Below the pieces are notes generated by a model. It saw nothing but the letters and a program-made list of their open reading frames with translations. It made no database searches and was not told the DNA's origin. Of a stretch of 64,000 bases of DNA, positions 1 to 12,334 are shown one piece after another. Origin of the DNA: Octopus sinensis (lineage: Eukaryota); contig NC_043002.1 in NCBI RefSeq assembly GCF_006345805.1, forward strand, positions 96,844,001 to 96,908,000, given 5' to 3'. Each line of letters begins with the position of its first letter. Position 1 is the stretch's first letter. The translations under genes and the position numbers were made by a program.

Positions 1-320
1 AAGCCTGAAGAAATTCCGCTTAGCATTTTGTTTCCTGCCCTTAAAATCCTTCCATCTCGCTAGCATGTGTTAAGGAAGCAATGAATCATTTGCTACGTAT
101 TTACCCTAACTTAGTATCGTAAAAGTCTGTTTAAGTTCTCCATCAACATTTGCTAATATGTGAGTGACCTAACGAATGGCTTCTTAAGTTAATACGGTTA
201 GTGAGATAGACAGCTGCTGCATGTAACATACTGAAATCGTAAACATACTTCTCCTAACCTGTATTCATGAAATATTAGTCATATGTGTGTGTGTGTGTTT
301 GATTTGTATGTATAGTAATG

Positions 321-552
321 TATTGGGGTTGTCCGGAAAGTTCGTGTCGATTTTATAGTAGCTTACCTTTCGACTTACCCTCCCAGACACCTCAATTCTG
401 GGAAGAGGATATTTTCAAGTTAAAGGAAAGATCGAGACGCATTGTGCAATAAACTGTTTCATATTTGGTTGATTAAAAATCTAATGGCAAGTATTTATTG
501 ACCTTTTTCTTTCCTTTAAAAATCGGCACGAACATTTCCGGAAAACCCAATA
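321..552 (+). mobile_element. Mariner internal-deletion derivative (MITE-sized)
   Basis: TIRs tattggggttgtccggaaagttcgtgtcgatttt / aaaatcggcacgaacatttccggaaaacccaata with TA ends. The interior matches the 3' end of the longer copy at 61768-62322. Confidence 0.8.
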
Positions 553-984
553 TATTTATATCTCTTATATATAGTGTTCATCTGAGAAAGGCAAGTTAAT
601 TAGCTTTCTTATTAGGATTTGTGCATAAAATGATATGGAAAATGGAAATATAACTTCGAATCAATGATATAAAATTATTGTGCAAATGAGGTCAAGGAAA
701 TACATGTCATCTGTATCACTAAAGTTTTTGAGGGAGCAATATCATTATCGGGATCCTTTAACTGATGCAGTTAGTCGTTGGAGCATCGCTTGAAATGCTT
801 TCATAGTCTGCTGTCGCCACGCGTATTTGCTGACTTTCTGCCTCATAAAAAGTTGTTCGCTTTGTGTAGAGGATATGTAGCAGTATTCTGAAGTACTTGT
901 GTTCAAAAGCCTGGAGTTTTCGCTCCATGTCAGCTGTAAATATCCAGCTCTAAAATCCAGGAAAAACAATTCCAAAACTCAAAA

Positions 985-2190
985 TCGTGTTATTCGAAAG
1001 AATATACCCGGTCAGTTTATTCAATAACGGAATAGAACGAGCAAAAGCGATAAGCATCCAAGAATTGCGCAAAACAAAAAGAAAACCCCCTGATACGCTA
1101 AACATTTTATGCATGAACTTACAATGAAAGAAACATTGAAGCGTACAACATTATCCATCCGAATATAGCTCTTTTAATGAACGACCTGCGAATTAAAAAT
1201 ACCCTCGAAGCACAAGATCATTATTTCTAAAAGGCCTACTTATTGCCGCCAAATTAGCTACCAAAACTACAATCCAAATAGTAATAAAATGTAACCGACT
1301 CAATTGCAGAACCTGCATTAGCCTTACTGAAGCTTCAAGTCAGGGTAAACATGCACCATAAAAATCATTGAGGAACTCAATTTGTTCTCGAACGCGGCGG
1401 GTGTAGTGTGGATTACATAGTCAAACAAGCTAGACTTTGATTGACAGAATGAAGGTAAACAGGCAACGGGTTATTTACTTATGGGCACAGACCCATAATT
1501 AAACAACTGAGTCTGTGCCCAGTGAACAAACATCCATAATATCTAATTTTACCTTTATATCAATGCATCGGAGACACTTCAGCCCATTTCCAATTGAATA
1601 AGGGAAATATGTTTAAGAAATATATCCAAAACGAAATAGCTTATAACACTAAAAATGACAAGAAGCAACAGACATAAATCAAAAGATGAAATAATGATCT
1701 GCTTCGGGATTCAAAACCTGAATTCATACTGCTATACAATTACACCTTGCATCTTCTCAAACATCAGTTACTGACGTCACCTTAGGCTTAAGCAATAAAC
1801 CGGACCCTCAGCAAAAAACAGATAAATATTCAGCTGACCAGGACAAGTGGCCTCTTAAGAGAATGAAATAAACGGAACGCTGCACGACCGTTAGAAAGAA
1901 AGCAAGATACCAAGACTTTAACAAAAACAAATGACGCTTGCAGAACATCAAACAACTTGATGTCTACTGGTCAAAAGCAAGTCATCAAAACAGGTGGTAC
2001 ATAAATGAAGTCACCAAGAAGTTATTCAACAAGAACATCTGACTTTTAAGCATGCTTTTTTTGCTGAAGTTTCGCATATACTTTCAATTAAAGTTTTTTT
2101 TTATTTACCAATGTAAAAAACACAAATTGCTGAAACCGGTTTGGTACATTTATGTTAAAAAATTAAAAACTACAACTCAATATAAGACTC
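985..2190 (+). mobile_element. Degraded Penelope-like element, 3' part (GIY-YIG region)
   Basis: Frameshifted translation gives NNGIERAKAISIQELRKTKRK and KCNRLNCRTCISLTE, matching DSAIQQALKLSIEDLRQTKPK and KCGRPNCGICVILVEG of the ORF at 51350. Boundaries approximate. Confidence 0.6.
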
Positions 2191-2908
2191 AGATGCATTT
2201 CCATACGTACGTACATATGCGCGCACACACGAACACACACACACACACACACGCACGCACACTCGCACATAGACACGGGCGCATGCACACTTACATGCCT
2301 ACATACGTACATGCATATTTGTTCAACACTTTTCTTCTTTGCTGCTGTTTCTTGCTTTCAGGGAAAGTTTCAAATTATCGAACCCAGAAAAATGTTGTTT
2401 GTCTTTAGGGCTCTACGTATATCCAGAACGAAAACATATTGAGGTAAACTATATCCTCCCTCTCAATGTCCTCCACCTCCTCAATCCCTCTTTCCCCTCC
2501 TTTTTCCTATTTTTATTTGTATCACTGTTAGAGGCGAGGCGAGGCACTCCCTTTCTCTATGCTTTACATTACCCTGTATCTTTGGCCTTCTGCCACTTTT
2601 GGACCTGTTTTTCAGTCGAAGATTTTTCACCATTTTTACTTTTGATAGTCTTAATATTCTCATGAGGAATTTGTCCATTTCCTGTTTGGTTTATCTGTTG
2701 TTTTAGTTCTTGTTAACATGTCCAGTCCATTTTTGTTTCTGTCACTTTAAACGGTGGCTTATGGGAACAACAGCCTCTTCTCGCATCCAAATTCTTTCTA
2801 GATTTTTTGTCTCCTTGTGTCAGTGCTATCTTGTTACACCCTATATTGTACTGGAGGATGACTAAATTTTATAACTGTACCATTCTTAAATGAAGAGGGT
2901 AACAATGC

Positions 2909-3134
2909 GTGGAGGCGCAATGGCCCAGTGGTTAGGGCAGCGGACTTGCGGTCGGAGGATCGCGGTTTCGATTCCCAGACCGGGTGTTGTGTGTGTTTAT
3001 TGAGCGAAAACACCTAAAAGCTCCACGAGGCTCCGGCAGTGGATGGTGGTGATCCCTGCTGTACTCTTTCACCACTCTAAAGGCGGTGCTCCAGCATGGC
3101 CGCAGTCAAATGACTGAAACAAGTACAAAAAAAA
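2909..3134 (+). mobile_element. tRNA-derived SINE family B, shortened, carrying the family-C/CR1-type tail
   Basis: Head ggaggcgcaatggcccagtggttaggg (A box) ... ggtttcgattcc (B box). Ends ggcggtgctccagcatggccgcagtcaaatgactgaaacaagta plus an A-run. Confidence 0.8.
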
Positions 3135-3139
3135 ATGCA

Positions 3140-3900
3140 CGCTAATTCAATTTTTCCTTCTTCATGCTAAATTGTACGTTTCTCTCACAATGGATTCCAG
3201 TTTGAAAAATGTGACGCAGCCGGGAACGATATTGCGTGGCATCCTCAGTTCTTCGCTTTGGACTTTTGTCATCAATTTTCCCCAGGTAAACCTGGGAGTC
3301 AGCTTCTTCCGTTTTCCATCTACGAATTTGCTCTATGTTTTATTCGCAGTGGAATCGCATGTGGCTTAGCTTTTCAAAGGTGAGTATTTAGGCCCATGTG
3401 CTTGCTGCTACCAGGTGTTCTCTATAGCATTGTAGTTCAGTTAGAAGTTATGACTGAAAGTAATGCAGGGCAGGTCTACACCATGTATCCAAAAGCTTCT
3501 TGTGGGCACTTCCAAATACCCCAAGTAATATTTTGTAACCTTGCCTTGCAATTCTTGCAATCTGAACTTTTCACTGTTCATTTAGAAATGCTTCACGAAC
3601 GTCGATTTACTAAAGAAATCACCTGTGATATCGAGGTTAACTCCAAATGACCGCCTGATTCTCATTTATTTCAATCATTTGTCTCCATTCATTTGACATC
3701 GAATGATTTCTCATAATCCACGCATGCAAAGCTCAATGGAATGTTGTACTCTTCCTTCCTGTCTTTTGCTGGTTACTACATGCAAATTATAAATCATTAA
3801 TGAAAACTGCTAGGAGGTAGGATGACGGTTGCTGGACCTCTATATCATTTGTCCTAAATGATGTTTGAGAAGAACTTATATATGAAGTGGAAAATGTTTG
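3140..3900 (-). mobile_element. Highly degraded LINE reverse-transcriptase remnant (RTE-like)
   Basis: Minus strand near 3690-3740 reads PLSFACVDYEKSFDV, resembling the RT motif AFIDYEKAFDSV. Many stops; boundaries approximate. Confidence 0.4.
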
Positions 3901-4288
3901 ACTTAATTTAACGCCTTCGTGTAATTAAGCATGTTTAACAAGTAGTACTAGATGCGACCAAATGCTTTTCATATAACCTTATGTCTGCTAATCGATACTG
4001 TACACCATGTGGGATACTTGATAGATATAAATCAAAAAATTAAGTTATGCATCTAAAGTTTACATTCAAGTATTCAATGTCAGTTGTGAAAGTAAATATA
4101 AATAATGATCTAATTGCGTTGTTGCTTTGTAGTAAATTAATTAACACAGATGTGCACGACAAAAAGACATGCAATAGGTAAAAGAAGAACTATATGAACA
4201 TATTTATATACATATCCACGACATACAACCACATGCCACTACATGCCAGGCACGCACACACAGTTGCACACACATATGCATATATGTA

Positions 4289-4327
<39 letters not shown>

Positions 4328-4388
4328 CTCTTCCTTTTTTCTCTCCTTTTTTCTCTCCTTGTTTCTCTCCTTGTTTTTTTTCTGCGTA

Positions 4389-4426
4389 TCTTTCTGTCGA
4401 AGAGCATAGGCTCGAAACGTAAAAGA
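4389..4426 (+). ncRNA. Minimal type-I hammerhead-like motif (A6U core variant)
   Basis: tcttt-CTGTCGA-a-gagc atag gctc-GAAAC-GTA-aaaga. Stems I and II pair, but core A6 is replaced by U. Confidence 0.4.
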
Positions 4427-4729
4427 CTTGTTCTATTTCTATTCCTGAGCGCCATACTAATATATTTGTGTTTGTACTCCACCTGCCTTCGTCTTTTGTT
4501 TATTTTCGTAAACCTTCCCGTCATATATATATATATATGTGTGTGTGTGTATGTGTGTGTGTGTGTATGTATGTGTGTGTGTAAACACACACACACACAC
4601 ACACACACACATAAGTCACTTCAAATGCAAAACGACCATTTTCTACGGCTCACCGAAAATCCACAAATTCAATTTTATAAGCGATACTTGCAAAGACTCA
4701 ACAAGCACATGCATACAACCCACGCCTAC

Positions 4730-4803
<74 letters not shown>

Positions 4804-4820
4804 GTGTGTATATATATATG

Positions 4821-4850
<30 letters not shown>

Positions 4851-4851
<1 letters not shown>

Positions 4852-5136
4852 CACGTGATCACGTGATCCCCCAGTCCATCAGATGTAGTTACACATCGCT
4901 GGTCACAATGCGTTCGCATTGTTTTAGCCTTCGAATGACGCCACCCCGCTGGCTAAGCGAGCAGGCCAGCAGAAGAAAGAGTGGGGAAAGAGTACAGCAG
5001 GGATCACTGCCGGAGCCTCGTGGAGCTTTTAGGTGTTTTCGCTCAATAAACACTCACAACGCCCGGTCTGGGAATCGAAACCGCGATCCTACGACTGCGA
5101 GTCCGCTGCCCTAACCACTGGCCATTGCGCCTCCAC
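4851..5136 (-). mobile_element. tRNA-derived SINE family B with a different 3' tail
   Basis: Reverse complement of the family-B head and body. The tail ends gatcacgtgatcacgtga, unlike the other B copies. Confidence 0.8.
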
Positions 5137-5159
5137 ACACACACACACACACACACACA

Positions 5160-5220
<61 letters not shown>

Positions 5221-5250
5221 ATATATAAATATAAATATATATAAATATGT

Positions 5251-5580
5251 AAAATACAAAATGGGACAAGACGCAAAGCATCCAGACAGTTAGGTGATAC
5301 AAAAGGGATAAAAAAACATCCAGATAGAAAATCCAAAGAAAACAAGGACGGGTCATTCGAAGCCCTCCATCCTCAGTCAAGCACCAGATTATCATCGCAA
5401 TTTCGAAAGAAAATACTAAGCTAAGAGCATTAGATTCCTTGGAAGAAGCAGCGAATGTATAAAAAAACAAGGACGGACAAAGTTACACAAATATAAATAC
5501 AATAATAAATACAATAAAAATAATAACAGGACACAACATCAGGTGTCTTTCGACTAAGGATGAATTGAATTAATCTAGCG
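5251..5580. repeat. (TA)n-anchored interspersed repeat, copy 1
   Basis: High similarity to 6641-6960 (aatacaaaatgggacaaga ... ctaagctaagagcattagattccttgg). Both copies start directly after (TA)n. Possibly a Penelope-like terminal fragment (inference). Confidence 0.65.
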
Positions 5581-6107
5581 CGTGTGGAAATGAAGCCTCA
5601 CAGCAGAGATACAAAATTTTCACAAACACAAAGAATATCGATGTTTTAAGTACAGCGGTCAGACCAAGAACGAGTGAACAGGATAGGCTGACCGGCGGTC
5701 ACGTGGGAAGAGAAGAGAGAAGTAGAGGCAGAGGGACAGAAGAATTAAAGAGGGGCGAGAAAAAGGACAGAGTGAAGTGAAAAGTGGATGGAAAGTGAGT
5801 AAGAAGAGAAGGCAAAGAAATGTGAGAGAGGGGGAATGAAAGAACAAAGAGTGGAATGAACGAATAAGCGTGAAAGGACTGATAGACAGACAGAAATAGA
5901 GTCGTACAAAATTTAGAAAAATTGGTATTTACATAGAGAGCAAAGTGTGCGTACGCCGCTATATATATTATATTAAATTAGAGATAAAACCACTATTAGG
6001 CAAATCAAACAATGAAAAACATAAGCCAATACATAAAATTAATTAATTCATATTATTTTAAATATATATCAAAAGTATTAAAAGTTTAATAAAAGATAAT
6101 GAGTAAA

Positions 6108-6178
6108 ACACTACGATCGTTTCATGGCTGTCCAATTCGTAATAATTCGAGTTATGGTTACAGTCAATCTTCAGGTAA
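6108..6178 (-). ncRNA. Minimal type-I hammerhead-like motif
   Basis: Minus strand: ttac-CTGAAGA-ttgactg ... cagccat-GAAAC-gatc-GTA-gtg. Palindromic stem III ACGATCGT; stem II imperfect. Confidence 0.45.
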
Positions 6179-6214
6179 TTGAAATATTTATCTTAGCGAG
6201 GTTTAGCAAATATA

Positions 6215-6545
6215 TATAAACAAGAAAAAAGCAACAAGAATGGATTAGTTTTTCAGTACAATTGTTTCATACGAAGAACAGCTTTATTAAAAGCTGCAAA
6301 TATGTGTGTTTTGGCTGATGAGTAGGGGACACTTGTATTTGCTGCAATATTTGCAGCTTTTAATAAAACTGTTCTTCGTATGAAACAATTGTACTGAAAA
6401 ACTAATCCATTCTTGTTGCTTTTTTCTTGTTTATAATTACCCCACATTATTTTATGGTTAATACCATATAGATTTCTGGTGCATCTAAGTTAAGTACCGC
6501 ATTCATGTGAATTCAGTAGAACTCACTTGAATCTTAATTGCTTTT
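6215..6545. mobile_element. Penelope-type terminal element with near-perfect foldback and hammerhead core
   Basis: Arms 6215-6303 and 6347-6435 are near-perfect reverse complements. CTGATGA at 6315 and GAAAC-aatt-GTA at 6382-6393. 6420-6545 is the reverse complement of 58841-58970. Confidence 0.6.
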
Positions 6546-6558
6546 AGTATATATATAT

Positions 6559-6613
<55 letters not shown>

Positions 6614-6640
6614 TATATATATATAATATATATATATATA

Positions 6641-6960
6641 AAATACAAAATGGGACAAGAACGCAAAATATCCGGACAGTTGGGTGATACAAAAAGGGAC
6701 AAAACATCCAGATAGAAAATCCAAAGAAAACAAGGACGGGTCATTCGAAGCCTTCTATCCTCAGTCAAGTATCAGATTATCATCGCAATTTCGCATGATT
6801 ATCCTTGCGTTTGCTCCAATCTGGCCTGCCCCAAAGAAAAACTAAGCTAAGAGCATTAGATTCCTTGGTAGAAACAGCGAATGTATACAAAAACAAGGAC
6901 GGGAAAAACGAACAATGCTACACTAATATAAATACAATAATAAATACAATAAAAATAATA
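6641..6960. repeat. (TA)n-anchored interspersed repeat, copy 2
   Basis: Direct repeat of 5251-5580, with an extra ~45 bp internal segment. Confidence 0.65.
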
Positions 6961-7161
6961 TATAAATACACGTGAGTTTGAAGGGATATATTTTCTGAGC
7001 GGAGTCCATATTAGCTCTCAGTCAAGTTCCACTTAACGGCTAACCACAACGTTCAGTATCAAACATCTCTCACTGCATTGTTTCGACGAGAAATTCCGTG
7101 TTCTCTTCTGGACAGTAAAAATTGTCTGGAGTGTATATTATTATTATTATTATTATTATTA

Positions 7162-7195
<34 letters not shown>

Positions 7196-7197
<2 letters not shown>

Positions 7198-7593
7198 ACT
7201 CTTGCTCTTTTACTTGTTTCAGTCATTTGACTGCGGCCATGCTGGAGCACCGCCTTTAGTCGAGCAAATCGACCCCGGGACTTATTCTTTGTAAGCCCAG
7301 TACTTATTCTATCGGTCTCTTTTGCCGAACCGCTAAGTGACGGGGACGTAAACACACCAGCATCGGTTGTCAAGCAATGCTAGGGGGACAAACACACACA
7401 CACAAAACACACGCATACACATATATACATATATATACATATATACGACAGGATTCTTTTAGTTTCTGTCTAACAAATCCACTCACAAGGCATTGGTCGG
7501 GCCGGGGCTATAGCAGAAGACACTTGCCCAAGATGCCACGCAGTGGGACTGAAGCCGGAACCAAGTTACTTACCACACAGCCACTCCTGCGCC

Positions 7594-7594
<1 letters not shown>
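7196..7594 (-). mobile_element. tRNA-derived SINE family C (central CA/TA microsatellite)
   Basis: Reverse complement of the full copy at 24430-24884. Confidence 0.85.
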
Positions 7595-7631
<37 letters not shown>

Positions 7632-7650
7632 ATTATTATTATTATTATTA

Positions 7651-7683
<33 letters not shown>

Positions 7684-7709
7684 TATTATTATTATCATTA
7701 TTATTATTA

Positions 7710-7742
<33 letters not shown>

Positions 7743-7771
7743 TATTATTATTATATTATTATATTATTATT

Positions 7772-7837
<66 letters not shown>
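7595..7837. repeat. (ATT)n switching to (AAT)n microsatellite
   Basis: Directly visible; source of the poly-L/poly-I pseudo-ORF 7377-7877. Confidence 0.95.
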
Positions 7838-7839
<2 letters not shown>

Positions 7840-8305
7840 TTATGAATATTTGTACACAAAATTTATTTATATTATAGTTATATACAGCATATTATAATGA
7901 CCCACACGCGTTTCCGCTGCGGCAGCTACTCACTATAGCAAATGTAACGTTGCAATATTGTCAATGAAGCGCTTCATCAGAGTCTATTCATTTGGTCATT
8001 CTTGAAATGAAATTGATTGAAGTAAATTTTCAAAATTTTTTCTGAAGCGGGTGGGTGTGTTGTCATCTATGGTTATGCGCTGCTGACCTCAACTTCACCC
8101 CAATCGCCGTCGGCAGTTATGGCTTAGTTTTAAATTAGGTTAATGCTGCGATTGTTGTTTTTTTGTAAAGCTCGTTGCTTGTTTTAATAGTTAGATGTGT
8201 TATTTTCGCTTTCGTGTGTATTCTTGAAGGGTTCTTGTTTGTTTATATTCATGTTTTGGTTGGGATGATGATTATTTTTGTTGTACATTATGTATTCGTT
8301 TATTC

Positions 8306-9852
8306 TCCTACTTATTTCAGTCATTTGACTACGGCGATGCTGGAGCAGCATCCTCTTTAGTCGAACACATCGACCCCAGGACTTATTCTTTGTAAGCCTA
8401 GTACTTATTCCATCGGCCTCTTTTGCCGAACCGCGGGGTATGTTAAGGGCACGTAAACACACCAACATTTGTCAAGCGATGGTGGAGGGACAATCAGAGA
8501 CACACACACATATATATAATATAATACTATATATATATACTAGCATTATGACCTGTCGTTGCCGGGTCATAGTGCTAGTGCATGTATATATGTGTATATA
8601 TATATGTGTACATATTACATGTACATCTATATATATACATCTACACATAAAATACAAAATACAAAGTTATATCTTGATATCGCTAGTGATAACAATACTC
8701 AAAATATATAACAGACTGGAATTGTAGGCCCGTCTCTTGCAATTTCGATCAATTGTATCTTGTCCTCCCTCTTGTATAGAAGTGTGGCTACAATCCACTT
8801 CTTGGGGGACATTTTAAATTTTTATCCGGGACGTCCTACGTCCCAGATATAAAGGTAAAAATAAAATATTTCCACTTTGCAAGGTTCGAGTCGAGTACTC
8901 CCATGCACGCTCCGTTGACTCGAACCTTGCTACTATTGTGGCGAATTTACCGCCTCTAGTTAGATATCTTTCATAGTCGCACCAAGACACTTTTCGATGG
9001 TGCTTTCCTCCAGGTGTTCAAATCTTTTCTTTTTTCTCTACCTTGTATACTTTATAGACAATAGTCTTTTCTTTAATTTAATTTTTTATTTCGTTTGGTG
9101 GAGTTATCCTAGATTCACCGTCTTTGTCGGTGATCAATCCGTATTTCTTCCATTTTAATTTCAATGAGTTCGCGCCCACCGACGGCTGCAGCGAAATTCA
9201 TTTTTGGACTTTCTCCTATCGAAGGCATTCTAACAAAAATGCTTCCGTGTAAACGGTGAAAATATTGTCAATTTCCCCAAACAGGGACACAATTCAATTT
9301 TTAAACAATAACCAAGGGGAGGGTTACGATTTACAATTGTTTAACAAATGCAACACAACAATGTTTCCTTTACGAGGAACCAACAAACGTGATAACAATA
9401 GTTGAACAGTAATAATAATAACAACAAACCTTACGATGAATCAGGAAGCAGTAAGTAGTTGAAGCTTTAGTCCTTTATGTATAAGAAATAAACCAACAGC
9501 AGTACTCTGTAGAAGCGGCTGTTCGAGAAAACAGATATTACATACAACAAAACTTTATATAGATACTTAATGCTAGCTAATTAGCAGATAATCTAAAGTA
9601 AAAGCACAGCTCCATCAGGACTATTCCATTTCTGCACGCTAATTTTATTCTTAATTTATTCCCATTCATATATATATATACATATACATATATATATATA
9701 TATATATACACGACGTAATTCCAAATGCACTCAAAAGGCTTGATCGACCTGAGGCTAAACTAGAAGACACTTACCCAAGGTGACACGCAGTGGTACTGAA
9801 CCCGGAACCATGTGGTTGATAAGGAAGCTTCTAACCACAGAGGCACTACTGT
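8306..9852 (-). mobile_element. SINE family C split in its central microsatellite by a Helitron-like insert
   Basis: 3' half at 8306-8510, 5' half at ~9710-9852, foreign sequence between them. Confidence 0.7.
8540..9668 (-). mobile_element. Non-autonomous Helitron-like element
   Basis: CTAG and hairpin (ctagcattatgacctg tcgttg ccgggtcatagtgctag) at the left end. Segments 8540-8727, 9024-9090 and 9610-9668 recur in the same order in 54674-54990. Confidence 0.65.
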
Positions 9853-10780
9853 GACTATATTGTATTAGTAGTATATTTGTCTTTTTATTAATGATGCATA
9901 TTAAGTATTTTTATGTTTAGGCTATTTTCTTCTATCTGTAATATCAAGCCAAATTGTTTCTGGGGCGTTGATTATCTGGAATTATCTTTATATCTCTTAA
10001 AAGTCCGACTGTGCTTGTGTAAGCATTATAGCGATTGCTCGTGTCTTGTATTAATTAATGTGTGTTTTGATATAAATATTTGGTAAAACTCCTCTACACC
10101 AAAGCGCATATATTTTCCCATACTCGATAAGGCTTAGCATTACTAATTAGTTCCCAATCGATAGAATAGCTATTGTTTTTGTTTTTGCTACCACAAGGAC
10201 AGGTAAGGTTTTCTGTTAGAAGTCCAGCATTTTGATGCTTTGCTTTCCCAGGAATAAAAGAGAATGTTGCATCGCTTTACATTGTCTCTTTACGTTTGTC
10301 TTGGAAGAGCAGACCTTCCTGTTGAAAATTGGGTATGACCGTATACATATACATATGTATATTAATAATATTTTATAAGCTTAAAACTTATAGCGATCAC
10401 CGAACGATGACTAAAAAGTAGTCTAGTAATGGGGCATATGAGCCCTCGACGGAAAAAAAGTAGTTTTCCCCGTGCACGGGGACTCGAAATTACACCACTT
10501 TGTTTACACGACAAGAATTCTACCATTCCACTAGCGCACCAACCTGCTTTATTCCGTCAAATTTCAGAGCTACAATTATTTCGTAATTTATTTTTGTATG
10601 CAAATTTTCCTTTAATTTTTTAATGCGAAGGTTTTTGTTAAGCAGTGTCAACTTTTAGAATTCTGTAAACAACGGTAATAGTATTTTATAAGCTTAGAGC
10701 CCATAGCGATCACCGCGCGATGGCTAAAGAAAACAGTTGAATAATGGAGCATATATGCCCTCGGTGGAAAAGAGTACGTA

Positions 10781-11143
10781 TCTCTCTATATATAAACGGC
10801 AAAATGTCTGTGTGTGTGTCCTTTATACAAATCCACAATTCTTCAGTTAGAGGGCTCGCACTTTCTATGGTCATTTAAAATCATCCACGGGTGGTCATGC
10901 ACATCTTTATATCTCCCCAGTTACTCCGCAAAGCCATTAAAAAATCAATAGAAGTGACATTTTTGCGAATTTTCTATCCGAAACCTAATCAAAATGCCCG
11001 AAACTTGATACGCCAATTGAATGCCAGCTAGCTGTATGTGATTGGTGGGAGATTTGGACAGTATTCGCGTGTATGTGCGCACGCACGCAGCTGTACATGC
11101 ATGCACTAGCACTATGACCCGGCGTTGCCGGGTCATAGTGCTA

Positions 11144-11144
<1 letters not shown>
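10781..11144 (+). mobile_element. Complete short non-autonomous Helitron
   Basis: Starts TC after an A, ends CTAG before a T, with terminal hairpin ctagcactatgacccgg-cgttg-ccgggtcatagtgctag. No TSD. Confidence 0.8.
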
Positions 11145-11179
<35 letters not shown>

Positions 11180-11228
11180 TTCGTTTTTTTATCTAATTTG
11201 CAAGATTCTTTTTGTGAATTCGCGTGTT

Positions 11229-11500
11229 GTGCCTGAGGTAATTCATATTATCTCAATGCCTTATCATTTAACATACGCACCGGTTCGATTTCTAATAACA
11301 TCGTATTTATATTTATTCATCTAGGTTTTTGTTGCTTTTGCAACCTTATTAATCGAAGTTGGAGTCAGCATCCATTGGTAAGGTTGCAAAAGCAACGAAA
11401 ATTTTGAAGAAAAATTATAAATAATGAATGGGTAGAAATCGAACCAGTGAGAGTGTTAGATAATGCGGCATTATGGCAATATGAATCTCCTCAGACACTA
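11229..11500. repeat. Diverged inverted repeat (foldback), family shared with 14590-14979
   Basis: Arms ~11229-11348 and ~11379-11500. Shares the ttcgtttt...tttgcaagattcttt leader with the 14.6 kb element. Confidence 0.6.
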
Positions 11501-11552
11501 TATATATATATATATATAGGAAGAGAGAGAGAGGGGGGAGAGAGAGATTCTA

Positions 11553-11967
11553 TTATCCTTTTAGTTGTTTCAGTCATTTGACTGCGGCTATGCTGGAGCA
11601 CCGCCTTAAAGGTTGTTAGTCGAAGAAATCGACCCCAGGACAGTTTCTTTGTAAACCTAGTTACTTATTCTATTGTTTACTTTTGCAGAACCCCTAGGTT
11701 ACGGGGACATAAACAGAACCAGCATTGGTTGTCAAGCGATGGTGAGAGAGTCAAACACTCACACACACACAAATATATACATACATACATTCATATATAT
11801 ACGCGACGGGCTTCTTCAAGTTTCCGTCTAACAAATCCACTCACAAGGCTTTGTTCGGACCGAGGCTACAGTAGAAGACACTTGCCCTATATGCCACGCA
11901 GTGAGACCGAACCCAGAACCATCTGGTTGGGAGGCAAGCTTCTTTCCAAACTGCAACGCCTGCGCCT
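11553..11967 (-). mobile_element. SINE family C
   Basis: Diverged reverse-complement copy of 24430-24884. Confidence 0.8.
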
Positions 11968-11974
11968 TATACAT

Positions 11975-12006
<32 letters not shown>

Positions 12007-12071
12007 TTGGGAATAAGGGACACACTAATGAAAAATTGAATAAAGACATACAAATACACGTACACAAATAT

Positions 12072-12275
12072 TCTTTTCTACTCTACCCATAAGGCACGAA
12101 ATTTTGGGGGAGAGGAACACTCGATTAGAACGACTCCAGTGTGCAACAGGTACGTAATTTGTCGACCTCAAAACGATGAAAGTCCTCGCTGGAATTTGAA
12201 CTCAGAGCACAAAGACACAAGAAATACAGCTTAGCATTTCGCCCGCCGTGCTAACGTTTCTGCCAGCTCGCCGTG
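12072..12275 (-). mobile_element. SINE family A, degraded
   Basis: Contains gaatttgaactcaga ... ctaacgtttctgccagctcgcc, the reverse complement of the family-A head. Confidence 0.7.
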
Positions 12276-12334
12276 TTTTACGTATACAAATATTTATGAA
12301 TACAAAATACATACCTATACATGCATACGAAATT

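Noticed and set aside
2909-2985. tRNA-like sequences at SINE heads (also 5060-5136, 24430, 48224, 49666)
   Set aside because: A/B boxes are present but continue into conserved SINE bodies with no complete acceptor stem; these are not tRNA genes.
5345-5385. CTGAGGA...GAA motif on the minus strand
   Set aside because: It lacks GAAA and a convincing stem II, so it is not called a hammerhead.
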